A stretch of DNA of 62,019 nt, counting the filler, from Sphacelaria rigidula (Eukaryota): the NCBI GenBank assembly GCA_964200075.2. It is 9 parts of 9 records of this genome, joined end to end, with 100 filler letters (N's around TTAATTAATTAA, not from the genome) between each part and the next. Parts side by side here need not be neighbours in the genome. Positions count along the whole stretch, not along the records: positions 34,512 to 41,313 come from CAXNAA020018008.1; positions 41,414 to 48,215 come from CAXNAA020018009.1; 7 more parts are not named here. One strand, 5' to 3'. Both the position numbers and the translations under genes were made by a program. The notes beneath the pieces were generated by a model. It ran no database searches and was not told the origin of the DNA. It was given only the letters and a program-made list of their open reading frames with translations. Shown one piece after another: positions 36,267 to 46,780 of this stretch. Within the stretch, counting starts at the first letter, position 1, and each line of letters starts with the position of its first letter.

Positions 36267-39200
36267 TTGTTGTCGACAGGTAGTGGCGAAGACAAGTTAA
36301 CAGTCAGTATCAAGCGCGTGGCACATGTGCCTGATTTGGACGTGAACCTTTTCTCCCTGCAGAGTGTAGTGGTTGAGCATGGGTTGCCGATTAGACTGAC
36401 GAGAAGGGGCACTGAAATCACGTTGCCCAGTGGGAAGAAACTGCTTTTTAAAAAGGATGGCAGAAATGATGTGACCACAACCCGCCGTAGTCTATCATCC
36501 AATTGTTCGAAAACCCATCAGTTTGACCCCGATGAATCCGCGCAAGCTGTCCTTGCCCCGGGCAAGATGCCTGTTGACCGTAATCAGGTGGACATGAATC
36601 TATTTCACCAGTCACACGGGCACCTGCACGAGGGTTTGTTACGAGAAACGGCGAAACAGCTGGGAGTGACATTGGTGGGTAAGTTGCACGAGTGCAAAGG
36701 CTGTTCAATGGCAAAAGGGTTGCGGAAACCCATCCCTACGTCCACCACCTCGCGTGCAGCTAAGCCTTTAGAGCGTGTGTTCATGGATGTGTCTGACCCG
36801 AAATTGGTCGAGAGTGCAGGTGGCATGAAGTATTCTTTTCTCATCCGGGATGATTTCACCCGGAAAATCTGGATGTATTTCGGTAAACATAAGTCTGACA
36901 CCACGAGGGCGTTTAAGCAATACCTGGCTGATGTAGGAGCACAGTGCATTCCTTCAGTCGTGGAGACCGTAAGATCTGACGGTGGTGGAGAGTTTTCAGG
37001 TTCTTTCAGTGATCTGTGTCGTGAGCGTGGCATAAGGCAAGAGTACACCCCAGCAGATAGTCCCGAGTACAATGGTGTTGCCGAACGGGCAATCGCGATG
37101 GTTGAGAAAGCCGCTATGGCAGCTAGGATTCAGGCAAAGGTGCTGTATGGTGTGGATGTTCCGGCAAGGATGTGGGCTGAGTCGTATCGTTGGGCAGCAG
37201 ATGCGTTGAACCGTTCTGCTACCACTGCTAACCCTGGGAAGAAGTCCCCAGATGAGATGTTTTACGGTGAAGTGCCTGAAGTCAAGCTTCTCCCTTTCTT
37301 CAAGCCAGGATACTGTAGGTATAAGAGGACGTCGAAGTGTATGCCGAAAGCACGGGAGTGTTTTTACTTGGGGCCTGGCAACAACTACCCCTGTGATACC
37401 ATGAGAATGCAGACGAAAGGCAGATATGTAATCACTACTCGCGATGTTGCTTGGCAGCACTCACCTCCCCCAAAATCGCAACAAGCGGTTCCGTTTTCTT
37501 TGTCAGGAGAAGAAAACTCACAGGATGTGGAGAGCGGGGAGGGCGATGTCGAGAGCTCTGATTCTGACTCTGACGAGTCGGATCTCAACACTGGTGGGGG
37601 GGTTCCAGTTGGCGCTTTGTCAGAGGAACGTAAACGTGTGGCAGGTGCGGTGGTGGAACCTGATGGGATGGTGGAACTTGAGGAGGGGCGGGGCGGTAGC
37701 AACGGCGAAGAGTCCGATCATCAGCCGTCTGCTTCGTCTTCATCCTCTGATGATGATCTTTCGGCGACATCGTCTGCCGGCGGCGGTGGGGATGCCGCGA
37801 ATCAACCTGACCCGGTTGAGCCGACACTTGGCCGGACAAGGCAACAGACACGTGCCTTGCTGCAGCAGCGTCAGGAGCAGCAACTTCAACAGCAAGTTCC
37901 AGACCTGCGGAAGCATGGGGGTGATCATAGTGCGTTGTGGACACCCACGGGGGATTTGTGGGCTACGGAGCAGATCCTAGCTCAGCTGGCAAGCCCGGAG
38001 GACCCAAGACACTCAGGGGAGTCTGGGTTGGAGTTGATCCCATACGTGACTCTTGAAGAGATTGAGTCAGCCCCCAAGTCTGTGAAGGATATGTACAGTG
38101 CGAAGTGCAAGAGTGTGTGGTTGGACGCGATGAAAAAGGAAGTAGAGGGGTTGGAACGCAATAACACGTGGACCGTAATTGACTCACCCCCGTTTGGAGA
38201 GAAAGCAGTAGATTCGAAGTGGGTTTTTCAGTGGAAAACCGATGAACATGGTTATGTGATGAAGGCTAAGGCTCGACAGGTTTTTAGGGGTGATCGGCAA
38301 GAAATTGGCGACATTCTGACGTTCTCACCAACCCCACCCACCACGACTAATCGAGTAGCTGCAGCGGTAGCTTGCGCAGAGGGAAAGACAATTTTTCATT
38401 TTGACGTTGAGCAAGCTTTCGTTCAGTCGGAACCAGAGGATGACGTGTACATGAGGTTACCGCCAGGTTTGGGTGACCGATCTGGTACTGTCGTGCATTT
38501 GCACAAAACGCTTTATGGGTTGAAGCAAGCTGCTAGAGAGTGGTACGGGAAACCGGGGAGAACTCTGAAAGGTCTGGGTTTCGAACAGAGTTTGATAGAC
38601 CCGTGTGTGTTCAGGCTGATAGACCGCGAGGAGGTCAAAGTTCTGATTGTGGTCCACGTCGATGACATGTTCGTTATAGGTGCTGAGTCTGTGTGCAACA
38701 GATTGGCAGAGGATCTCAACGCACATTTTCCAACGAAGAATTTTGGTGCACTGGTCTGGTACGCAGGATGCGGGTACAAAGACGATCTCGAAAAAGGGAC
38801 CCTCAATTTGTCTCAGACTGCGTATACTCAGCGTATTCTTGAAAGATTTTCGATCAAAAGGACCGCTGAGACCCCTGCGTTAGTTTCTTCTGACTTCAAG
38901 GTGAATCAGGGAGAGGGTTCCGAGGGGAGGTACCGTGAGCCGGTGGGATCTTTTATGTGGCTCTCCATCAACACCCGCCCGGACATCGCTGACGCCGTGA
39001 GAGCTGCATCCCGCCACAACGAAAACCCGACGCCTGAGGACTGGCGCAAAGTGTTGCGGATTTTCGAGTACCTCAAGACAACAGTAGACTTGGGAATCAC
39101 GTATGCTAGGGGTTCGAGTGACGAATTGGTGGCGTATGCGGATGCAGACTATGCGAAATTCGAGGATCGGCGTTCAGTGTCGGGAGGGGCGATATTTTTC

Positions 39201-39596
39201 TGCGGAGCTGTTGTAGAACTTTTCTCTCGCACTCAAGAGAATATAACTCTCTCTTCTACTCAGGCTGAATACGTAGCGATGGGCGACGTAGTGAAGGATG
39301 CTCTGTTCATGAAGGCGGTGCTGAAATTTATGCAGCCGCAAAGGGAGGAATTTTGTATGCCACTGACGGTGTATGAGGATAATCAAGGGGCGATTCAACT
39401 CGCGAAAAATCCGCGAAGCTCCCACAACAGCAAGCACATTGATGTGCGTCATCACTTTCTGAGGGAATTGGTGTCTGAACAAGTGATTCGAGTGGAGTAT
39501 GTCAAGTCTCCTGGGCAGCACGCAGACGTTTTGACGAAACCTTTGCCTGTTGATAGCTTCGGGTACCACAGGAATGTTCTGATGAACATCAAGTGA
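36267..39596 (+). CDS. pol: Copia pol (GAG-pre-integrase, integrase, RT, RNase H)
   Basis: HQSHGH..CKGC; integrase FMDV, RSDGGGEF, NGVAER; RT LYGLKQAAREW, VHVDDM; RNase H YADAD, EDNQGAI, KHIDVRHHF, ADVLTKPL. Confidence 0.95.
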   Translation: MLSTGSGEDKLTVSIKRVAHVPDLDVNLFSLQSVVVEHGLPIRLTRRGTEITLPSGKKLLFKKDGRNDVTTTRRSLSSNCSKTHQFDPDESAQAVLAPGKMPVDRNQVDMNLFHQSHGHLHEGLLRETAKQLGVTLVGKLHECKGCSMAKGLRKPIPTSTTSRAAKPLERVFMDVSDPKLVESAGGMKYSFLIRDDFTRKIWMYFGKHKSDTTRAFKQYLADVGAQCIPSVVETVRSDGGGEFSGSFSDLCRERGIRQEYTPADSPEYNGVAERAIAMVEKAAMAARIQAKVLYGVDVPARMWAESYRWAADALNRSATTANPGKKSPDEMFYGEVPEVKLLPFFKPGYCRYKRTSKCMPKARECFYLGPGNNYPCDTMRMQTKGRYVITTRDVAWQHSPPPKSQQAVPFSLSGEENSQDVESGEGDVESSDSDSDESDLNTGGGVPVGALSEERKRVAGAVVEPDGMVELEEGRGGSNGEESDHQPSASSSSSDDDLSATSSAGGGGDAANQPDPVEPTLGRTRQQTRALLQQRQEQQLQQQVPDLRKHGGDHSALWTPTGDLWATEQILAQLASPEDPRHSGESGLELIPYVTLEEIESAPKSVKDMYSAKCKSVWLDAMKKEVEGLERNNTWTVIDSPPFGEKAVDSKWVFQWKTDEHGYVMKAKARQVFRGDRQEIGDILTFSPTPPTTTNRVAAAVACAEGKTIFHFDVEQAFVQSEPEDDVYMRLPPGLGDRSGTVVHLHKTLYGLKQAAREWYGKPGRTLKGLGFEQSLIDPCVFRLIDREEVKVLIVVHVDDMFVIGAESVCNRLAEDLNAHFPTKNFGALVWYAGCGYKDDLEKGTLNLSQTAYTQRILERFSIKRTAETPALVSSDFKVNQGEGSEGRYREPVGSFMWLSINTRPDIADAVRAASRHNENPTPEDWRKVLRIFEYLKTTVDLGITYARGSSDELVAYADADYAKFEDRRSVSGGAIFFCGAVVELFSRTQENITLSSTQAEYVAMGDVVKDALFMKAVLKFMQPQREEFCMPLTVYEDNQGAIQLAKNPRSSHNSKHIDVRHHFLRELVSEQVIRVEYVKSPGQHADVLTKPLPVDSFGYHRNVLMNIK

Positions 39597-40436
39597 CTTT
39601 GACAATTTGAAAGTTGAAGTGCAACCGGTTTATAGTCTGGGACCTTGTATTTTCTACGTCAAGCTATGAACGTTTGGAGTGAGGTGCGGCCGCGAGGTTT
39701 TAGCTGAGTGTGTCTCATTAGGAGCAAAGCGCATTCTCACGAGACTTGTGTCATAGCCAAGGCCAAACTGTATTTCGGTCATGGCTTGGGTGTGATGTGT
39801 GTTTCTTCGGAAACAGAAAACGGGTTTTTGGTCGAAGTGGTCTGAAAATGTTTCTTGAGTGTTGATCCGAACTTTCGACATGCGCTTTGATTTCCCCGTG
39901 TGCGACATCAGGGAGGGTGTTAATCATGTGATTTTACTCATGGTAAATGTAAGATCCAGGATACTTTAACGAGACTATCGGAGGAAAATGTGGCGGATTA
40001 ACCGGTGGAAAACAGTACTGATTTCCAGAAATGGTACTGAGAACGGCGGTTCAGATTGATTCTCGAAATGTTCTGGAAACTGTTGGTTATTCTCACTTTT
40101 GTCCTCGAATGATCAGGAAACGACGGGGAGTTATGTTGTGGTATACGGTAAGTTTCTGCGGGATAAAACAGAAGATGTTTGCCGTAGCTCAAAAAGGATT
40201 CAAGGATTCTCGACGGAGATGCGCCTGCGCATCTCTCGCCCCACCACGTTCAGTGTTGTTTGTGTGCGTGTGCCTTTCTACCCATGGGCGGTCTGATTTG
40301 AATGAGACAATGAAAGACAACTACACACTTCTGCTTCTGTTATACTTCATCTTCGACAGCAGACGCTGTGCGAGATTGCCTTCTACGTTTTTGGTTGAGC
40401 ATTCGGTGCTCGAGCCATATAGCTCTAGACTCTACC

Positions 40437-40838
40437 GGCGTCCATCACGTCTGGATCTTTATTAAAGCGTACACCATACTTATAATATCCAATATATATT
40501 GACCGGTCAATACATTGACACCCACGTAGACCCAATATATATATTGGTCGGTCAATATGTTCTCACCAATGTGACCGTAATATATCTTGGTCGTGCAATA
40601 TGCTGTCGCCCGCGCTGCCCCAATATATATTGATGGGACAATATGTGTTCAACCCCACAGAACCAACATATATTGGGCGAGCAATATGTATGCAGTCCCA
40701 CGGCATCAATATATATTCGGCGCGCAATACGTGTGCAGTCCAAGGGTACGAATATATATTACGCCGACAATATATCGCAAAATTCCAATATGATCGACTA
40801 ATATATATATTGAAATATATATTGTATTGTCCAGGGTG
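40437..40838 (+). mobile_element. Dispersed ~400-bp element rich in CAATATATATTG palindromes
   Basis: Co-linear with the reverse complement of 58833-59263; related fragment at 59570-59800. Confidence 0.8.
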
Positions 40839-41040
40839 ATATATAGATAGATTGATCGATTGCTCTGCTTCGCATCGCGCTTTCAATTTTCCTATCCTTT
40901 CTAACATGGGAATGTAATGGACAAGGGACAAAAGAGACAGAAGCCTTCAATGAAGAGCCATGGGACTCGCCTTCTTCGGCGGCATCTTAGCCGCCGGCTT
41001 GAAGGAGAGAGAGTTCTAGAGCTGTTAGGGTCTTTTTTAA

Positions 41041-41142
41041 CCCTTAGACCGCGAAGCGGGTAGTCCATCTGGATCACGCATTCTTTTTTCAAGTGAATAT
41101 TGATGCCAATTCAGCAGGTCACCTCCCGTCGCGGTCTAGGGG
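41041..41142. mobile_element. piggyBac-type MITE
   Basis: TTAA-cccttagaccgcga ... tcgcggtctagggg-ATAA. Confidence 0.75.
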
Positions 41143-41667
41143 ATAACGAAGGGGATTTCCCTTTTTCACAATCCACTTTGGCAGGGAATTGGCCCCATAA
41201 CGACCACTCCCCAGTCCTATCGACAAGCAGTTTTGTACAGATTCGAACCCAGATCTGCACGCAGGTTGAGAAATGCGGCGGGTCTGGGAGTGGTCGTTAG
41301 TCCAAGCAGGTCCNNNNNNNNNNNNNNNNNNNNNNNNNNNNNNNNNNNNNNNNNNNNTTAATTAATTAANNNNNNNNNNNNNNNNNNNNNNNNNNNNNNN
41401 NNNNNNNNNNNNNCCATCGCTGAAAGTGTGGGGAAAGCACCGTTTTAGGCTTGAACCTCATCTCGGAGTTGAACCTCAATTCGCACAATTTGTTGTCATG
41501 TGCTGATCGGCTACTGGCCATTGAAGAACTCGTTCAATCATTAGCAACAAAAAGAAAACCTTGCAAACAACGCGTTTTCTGAACGAATAACAAGAAGCTG
41601 AATTCTAATTCATCATCAGAAAACGTTTTTCAACACAGTCGAGTGGCATATCCATGAGTCGACGTAC

Positions 41668-41779
41668 CACGATGCCCAGCCTCGTCCTCTCGGCGGCCTT
41701 GAAGCAAATCTTGCACCGGCCGGTAGACTTCCGGTACACCTCCGCATTTCCCTCCTTGACGTGTCTGCATACGCTTACC
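41668..41779 (-). CDS. Exon (4th seen) of Tudor-knot-like protein, Cys/His-containing
   Basis: ttcag|G VSVCRHVKEGNAEVYRKSTGRCKICFKAAERTRLGIV |gtacgt; phase 2 matches the previous donor. Confidence 0.65.
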
Positions 41780-41911
41780 CTGAATCAAGCCCCGACAGCA
41801 ATGCAACAGGCGGGGCGGTGGAGACGGCAGCGGCGACAGCGAAGCTTGAGGGATTGGTTCGGCTTGTGAGGAGACAAGGTTAAACACCATGTTCTCGAAG
41901 CTGAAGTACTC

Positions 41912-42115
41912 CAAGGGCGGGTCGAGTACAGTATACCCGATAATTTGGTATTCTGAAACGTCTAACATCAGCTGCCAAAGTCAGTCTCAATGACTTGTAA
42001 GGACTTCAAAAAGAGAAACAAAAGCACCGGGCTGACTGCCGCTGTGGGCGTGGTTCGGATGTCCACTTTTCAAACAATCACAATATCGGGTATACCCTGC
42101 CCCCACACGCCCTTG
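41912..42115. mobile_element. hAT-type MITE (family of 8963-9125)
   Basis: caagggcgggtcg ... cgcccttg, with internal homology in opposite orientation. Confidence 0.7.
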
Positions 42116-42734
42116 ATATGCTCCTCCTGCCTGCCTACGTATAGACATGAGTACAGAACAGCCCCACTAGTAGTGGAGTGAAACTCGAAGGTCTTGTTTC
42201 GGCAGGGTATACCCGGCAGTAGAGGAGGGGGGAGGGGGGGGGGGGCGTTTGGCATACTCAAACATACCGAAATGTGGATACAGCGAACATTTCAGTGTGA
42301 TCTGGGTGGATATCAACCTCCGCTCCGAACAATCCGGTATGGTCCAAAAGGGTTCATTCAAACCGAAAACATTTACTTTGGATGTTTCTGTAAATACCCG
42401 AATTTCAACCGGTATACCCTCATGGAACACACCCTTGGGGTATACAAAAATCATTTGACGAGAGAAGACGCGGTGCGAAAGACATGAAAACTCAACCGAA
42501 GATACCAAAACATCATGCATCAACCTGAGGAGAGATGCACTCATCTCCCTAGGACCATAGACTCGTCCTCAGGAAAAATAGAGGGATTAAAAGCATAAAC
42601 AGCGGCATAAACGATAATACGGTGGGTAGTTATGCCGCTTCACGACAGAAGAAAAGTTTTCAGCTTTCCATGTCCTCGAGACATTCACGTCATCCACAGC
42701 ATCACCTACATTACAACAGAACATGGGTCCACAG

Positions 42735-43090
42735 GCCGGTCGCCTAGGTGGCTCAGTTTTCATCCTCCAAACCTTCTGATGGCTGGGACGTGGGTTTGTA
42801 TCTCGGCGAACTCATACGATCTGGGATTTTTTCTCACATCGTGCTCAACAGTGGAGAGCGACCATCCCGTGGACGCACAAGATTCAACTTCATGGGCGAC
42901 GAGAGAAAGGGACTGCCAAACCCCTCTTGCGATGAAAGGTAAGGCGAGCACCGCATCAAGAGAAGAAGTGAAGTGCCGAAACAGAAAAAATCATGAAAAA
43001 ACTTTTGTGTCGACCTCGGCTGATACGCCCATGTACTTCGAAATGCGTGGACGGGCGTCCAGAATAGATATGATGACACACACACACACA
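42735..43090 (+). mobile_element. SINE family A, uninterrupted
   Basis: A-box tggctcagtt, degenerate B-box, (CA)n tail; supplies the empty site for the MITE at 2396. Confidence 0.75.
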
Positions 43091-44269
43091 TTGGTGTAGG
43101 TTCAAGTAACAGCAACGACGCGAACAGCAGTGCCGCGATAATAACAAAACAGTACAGAACACAACGTTTTTGAAGGGGAAAAAAAGCCGATATATCCAGT
43201 GGGTAAAAGACAAGCGATATAAAAAGAGGGAAAAAAACGAAACAAAAAGCTCGACCAAACAAGATATTTTTCTCTCTTCCTTACACCTCTATCCTCCTCC
43301 TCGCCATCCCCACCCTGCGCTCAGGAGGATATTTGTTTTGGAAGACGCCGCAGTAATATGCCACACACTCCGTCATGTCTTCACCATAACCTCCGATGGA
43401 CGAGACCGGACCGGATCGGGCCTCGCAACAACGCAAAATTTATCGGATTGTGACAACGCTCTGGTACACAACGTGAACGACTGAACAATGGAAATGTAGG
43501 TCAGCCCACCTGTATATACCCCGAACAACAATGAACACGTTGATATACCGGGGGGCACGTGGGGACAACAGATGGTGGCTGCATCAACAAAAACGAAAAA
43601 TACATTTGTAGAAAGATACGCTATTCAAAACAGAAAAATCAAAAATCAAAAAGTACTGGTACGAGAAAAAATTACATGAGATGAAGGAATAACACAAAAA
43701 AGTTCATGAAAAATATGAAAATGGGAACATCGGAAGACGAACATCGAAAGACGGAGGAGGAATAATGTATACCATCATTGATGATATTAAGTACTGATTC
43801 GAAGCCGAAAGTAAGCTGGCATGATATAAAATCTCAGGGGCCATATTGACGGGTCTGTCTCTCCCCCGAAACCCTCCATTTTTTCGGAGGGAATCCTCTC
43901 CTCTGAAAAAATGTGAGCGGAGATGTCTTCAGCGGGTCAGACCATTGATCGATTGAAGAATGATTACAGATTCCTCCGGAGATCTAGCGTCGGGTTTCTG
44001 TTCGAAGATGTTTTGGCGAGTCGAAAAAAATCCATTTTTCGGATATTGAGGAACAGAAATGAAAAAAACTGCCCCGTTAACAGGACCAAGACCCCTTACC
44101 ATAAACGTAAACAGAGAAGTGACTAGTGGATACAGCAGCTCGTTTCACGTTGTGACACACCACGGTCGATGCCTCAGATAAGAGGCTTTCGAGGACATGA
44201 ACACACTCGCACGGTGCCAAACACGACTGCTGCCAAATTCCCAAGAATAAGGGTCACTACCAGCCCTGT

Positions 44270-44437
44270 TCACCAATTGGTCGACCACGGCGATTCGCGC
44301 TTGGCGATTGAGTGCTAGCCTGGTCCGGCGAAAACCCGGCGTGCTCCGTCNNNNNNNNNNCCGTCCCGGCTTTGTAGGGATGCGACGTCAATGGTCTCAT
44401 GACCATGCACGCATGATCATGAGTACAACCTCCCCCC
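44270..44437 (+). mobile_element. Poly(C)-tailed retroposon family C, 3' part
   Basis: cctggtccggcgaaaacccggcgtgctccgtc...catgagtacaacctccccc. Confidence 0.7.
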
Positions 44438-44865
44438 TCTGTAACCAAGAGTTGGGCAGCGGTGTCATCCACATGAACCAATGCTGCTATGATGGTGGTG
44501 GTGGTGATGTCTGACGGTTTTTTCACAACACATTCTTCCGGTACATCTATGAAGTAACTACAGTAGACGGAGAAATCTCGAAACACGACTTTTGACGCGA
44601 AATGAGGGGACACACACACACGCACACGCAAAGAATGGACGAGAGAAGCACACACCCAGACACAAATGACGAGGAAACAAATGACGAAGAAACAAGACCA
44701 TCACGTGCAATAATCAACGCATTAACGTATCGATGTATCAACTAACGAACCGATCGATCAATCCACTTACCAACCGACCAGACATTCAATGACCCAACTC
44801 ATGAATAAATCAATCCGTCTCCCCCCCCCGCCCCCCCCCCCTTCCAAAAAAACACGAGTGCTTAC

Positions 44866-45052
44866 TTGGGCAGCACGACCATCTCCTCCTCGCTACTGCT
44901 CTCCTCTTCACTGCTGCTGTCCTCGCCCTCGCTCTGGCTCCCGTGCACCCCCTCACCCCCCACCGCCCCCTCTTCGGTGAGCCCTCCAGTTAGATTCATG
45001 TTTCCATCCGCCATCGACCCCGCCAGCATCCCCACCCAGGGGATCGGGTTGT
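44866..45052 (-). CDS. Exon (3rd seen) of Tudor-knot-like protein, acidic tract
   Basis: accag| DNPIPWVGMLAG...EGEDSSSEEESSSEEEMVVLPK |gtaagc; phase 1 in, phase 2 out. Confidence 0.75.
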
Positions 45053-45682
45053 CTGGTTTCACGCGTGGCGCGCTCGGCTGGGGAGGTGGGTACATGTCGC
45101 GCAAGGAGAATCCGGGATGGAAGGGGGGGAAGAAGGGGAACAGCACCAATATTGAGGATCTTTTTCCACAGGAGAAATGGTCACTAAAGGTCGTCGGAAT
45201 AAAACCAAATACCAACAATAATGACGTGAACAACACCTACACACACCGAACGTTAGCGTTGGTTCACGTCAACTTCAACGCCAGCATCGATGAGAGTAAA
45301 AATAACAACAGTTGACAGCACGACCATCTCCTTCATTCCGTCGAACTTTCTTCACAACGTATTTCTATTACAACTGTTGAACACATGATGCTTTCCGACG
45401 AGAGTCGTACTGAGCTTAAAACTTTATACGCAGTACGATTTTTGGTGTATGGCAACGATAATATATTGACCACGTCACATCTTGTCCAGGGTGTGCTTTT
45501 ATACAACGAAATGAATATCAACAGGTCACGGGGTCTCAACTCGTGAGCACGTGGCCAGCACAAAAACAAGGCAACGTAATGCACGTCTGGCTATAATCTG
45601 AACTAGAAGAAGAAACAGCTTGGCTAACCGAAGTGACTAACCTCGATGGTGAACGTGGTGACCGGCTTGATCGTCCTTCTAC

Positions 45683-45753
45683 CTGCAGCGCCCATCGGCG
45701 TGGGCGTCCATCCCTTCGGGGTAACCACCTCCATCGGCCGGTCTTCATCCCAC
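45683..45753 (-). CDS. Exon (2nd seen) of Tudor-knot-like protein
   Basis: gccag|G WDEDRPMEVVTPKGWTPTPMGAA G|gtagaa; phases fit both neighbours. Confidence 0.75.
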
Positions 45754-46597
45754 CTGGCGTGATGGAACAGGATACAAATATGAAAAAAAAAAAATCCCAA
45801 AAAAACAGTACGAATGAGGTCGCTCCTTAAAGCACCTGAAGGGAAGCTCTGTAAACATAATTTTTTAGTCGTTCTTCGTCGTTATACGCTCAAAGGGAGA
45901 GCTAGGTGGAATTTGACACCTTGGAATGACTTGCTCTACTCGTAAAGACGGCTCCCAGACATCTTCACGTTGCCTGGTGGCCGTAGCTTTTATTTTGACC
46001 AAGCAAGCGTTCTCATCCAAGGACGGTCAAACTAAAATGTATAAATAATCATAAGTCCCGTCTCTTCAGGGGTGAACTTTTCGTGAAAAAAACATGAAGA
46101 AAATGAGGCTGGGTAAATATCTTAGCGCCTGAAGCATGGCGGGGGCGTCTCCGTCACTACCGCATCAAACACCACCGCCCAGAATACTACACAGAAAGAA
46201 GAGCATAACAGACTTTGTTTGATGAGAGTTGACGCGTTGTACGGGGGTGCTGATCACATCCGCGAGATCAAAACGCAAGGCGTTCACTACACCGGTGGCG
46301 GAGAGATGCTTGGGTTGATTCCTTGGGACCATGTATTCGTCTCGAGGAAGAGAGATGGATTCAATGAAAATGTGTGACGAAAATATATATCGAAAATACA
46401 AGCAGCAGTAAACACACCGAACAAATCGCTTATTATGAAACACGCCGGGGTATTTTGATGCTCTGTGATACGCTTATACGTTTTTTTACCAAATACGAGT
46501 TGATAACCGATATCGGACTGCAGTATGACACACAAGACGGACTATGACACATACTTGACCATGGCATACACTGGAATAGAGTACGACGCACACACAC

Positions 46598-46780
46598 CTG
46601 TCTTGCGGCCAGTCGTTGTACTTGACACGCACGCGCCCGCGCGGGTACCCCTCGTATGGCCTCGGATCAATGGCGACGACCCGCCCCTTGTAGGTAAGCC
46701 CGTTCGTGTTCTGGAACGTCACCTCGCTCGCCAGCTTCAGTTGAGGGTTATCCACCCCGCTTCCGACCGACGCGGCCGCG
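46598..46780 (-). CDS. Exon (1st seen) encoding a Tudor-knot/chromo-barrel-like domain
   Basis: LKLASEVTFQNTNGLTYKGRVVAID...GRVRVKYNDWPQDR|gtgtgt; spliced it gives VKYNDWPQDRWDE, resembling the V.Y..W..RWDE motif. Confidence 0.75.

Larger units (their letters stand above)
34512..40436 (+). mobile_element. Ty1/copia LTR retrotransposon, near full length, inactivated
   Basis: Partial 5' LTR (34512-~34620) matches 40331-40437; PPT agggaggg at 39910-39917; 3' LTR starts TGTT at 39918; domain order gag-PR-INT-RT-RH. Confidence 0.97.

Noticed and set aside
35149..36270. Programmed readthrough or frameshift in the copia element
   Set aside because: Two close stops fall within gag and the frame break falls inside the protease with no slippery heptamer. 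These are best explained as inactivating mutations.
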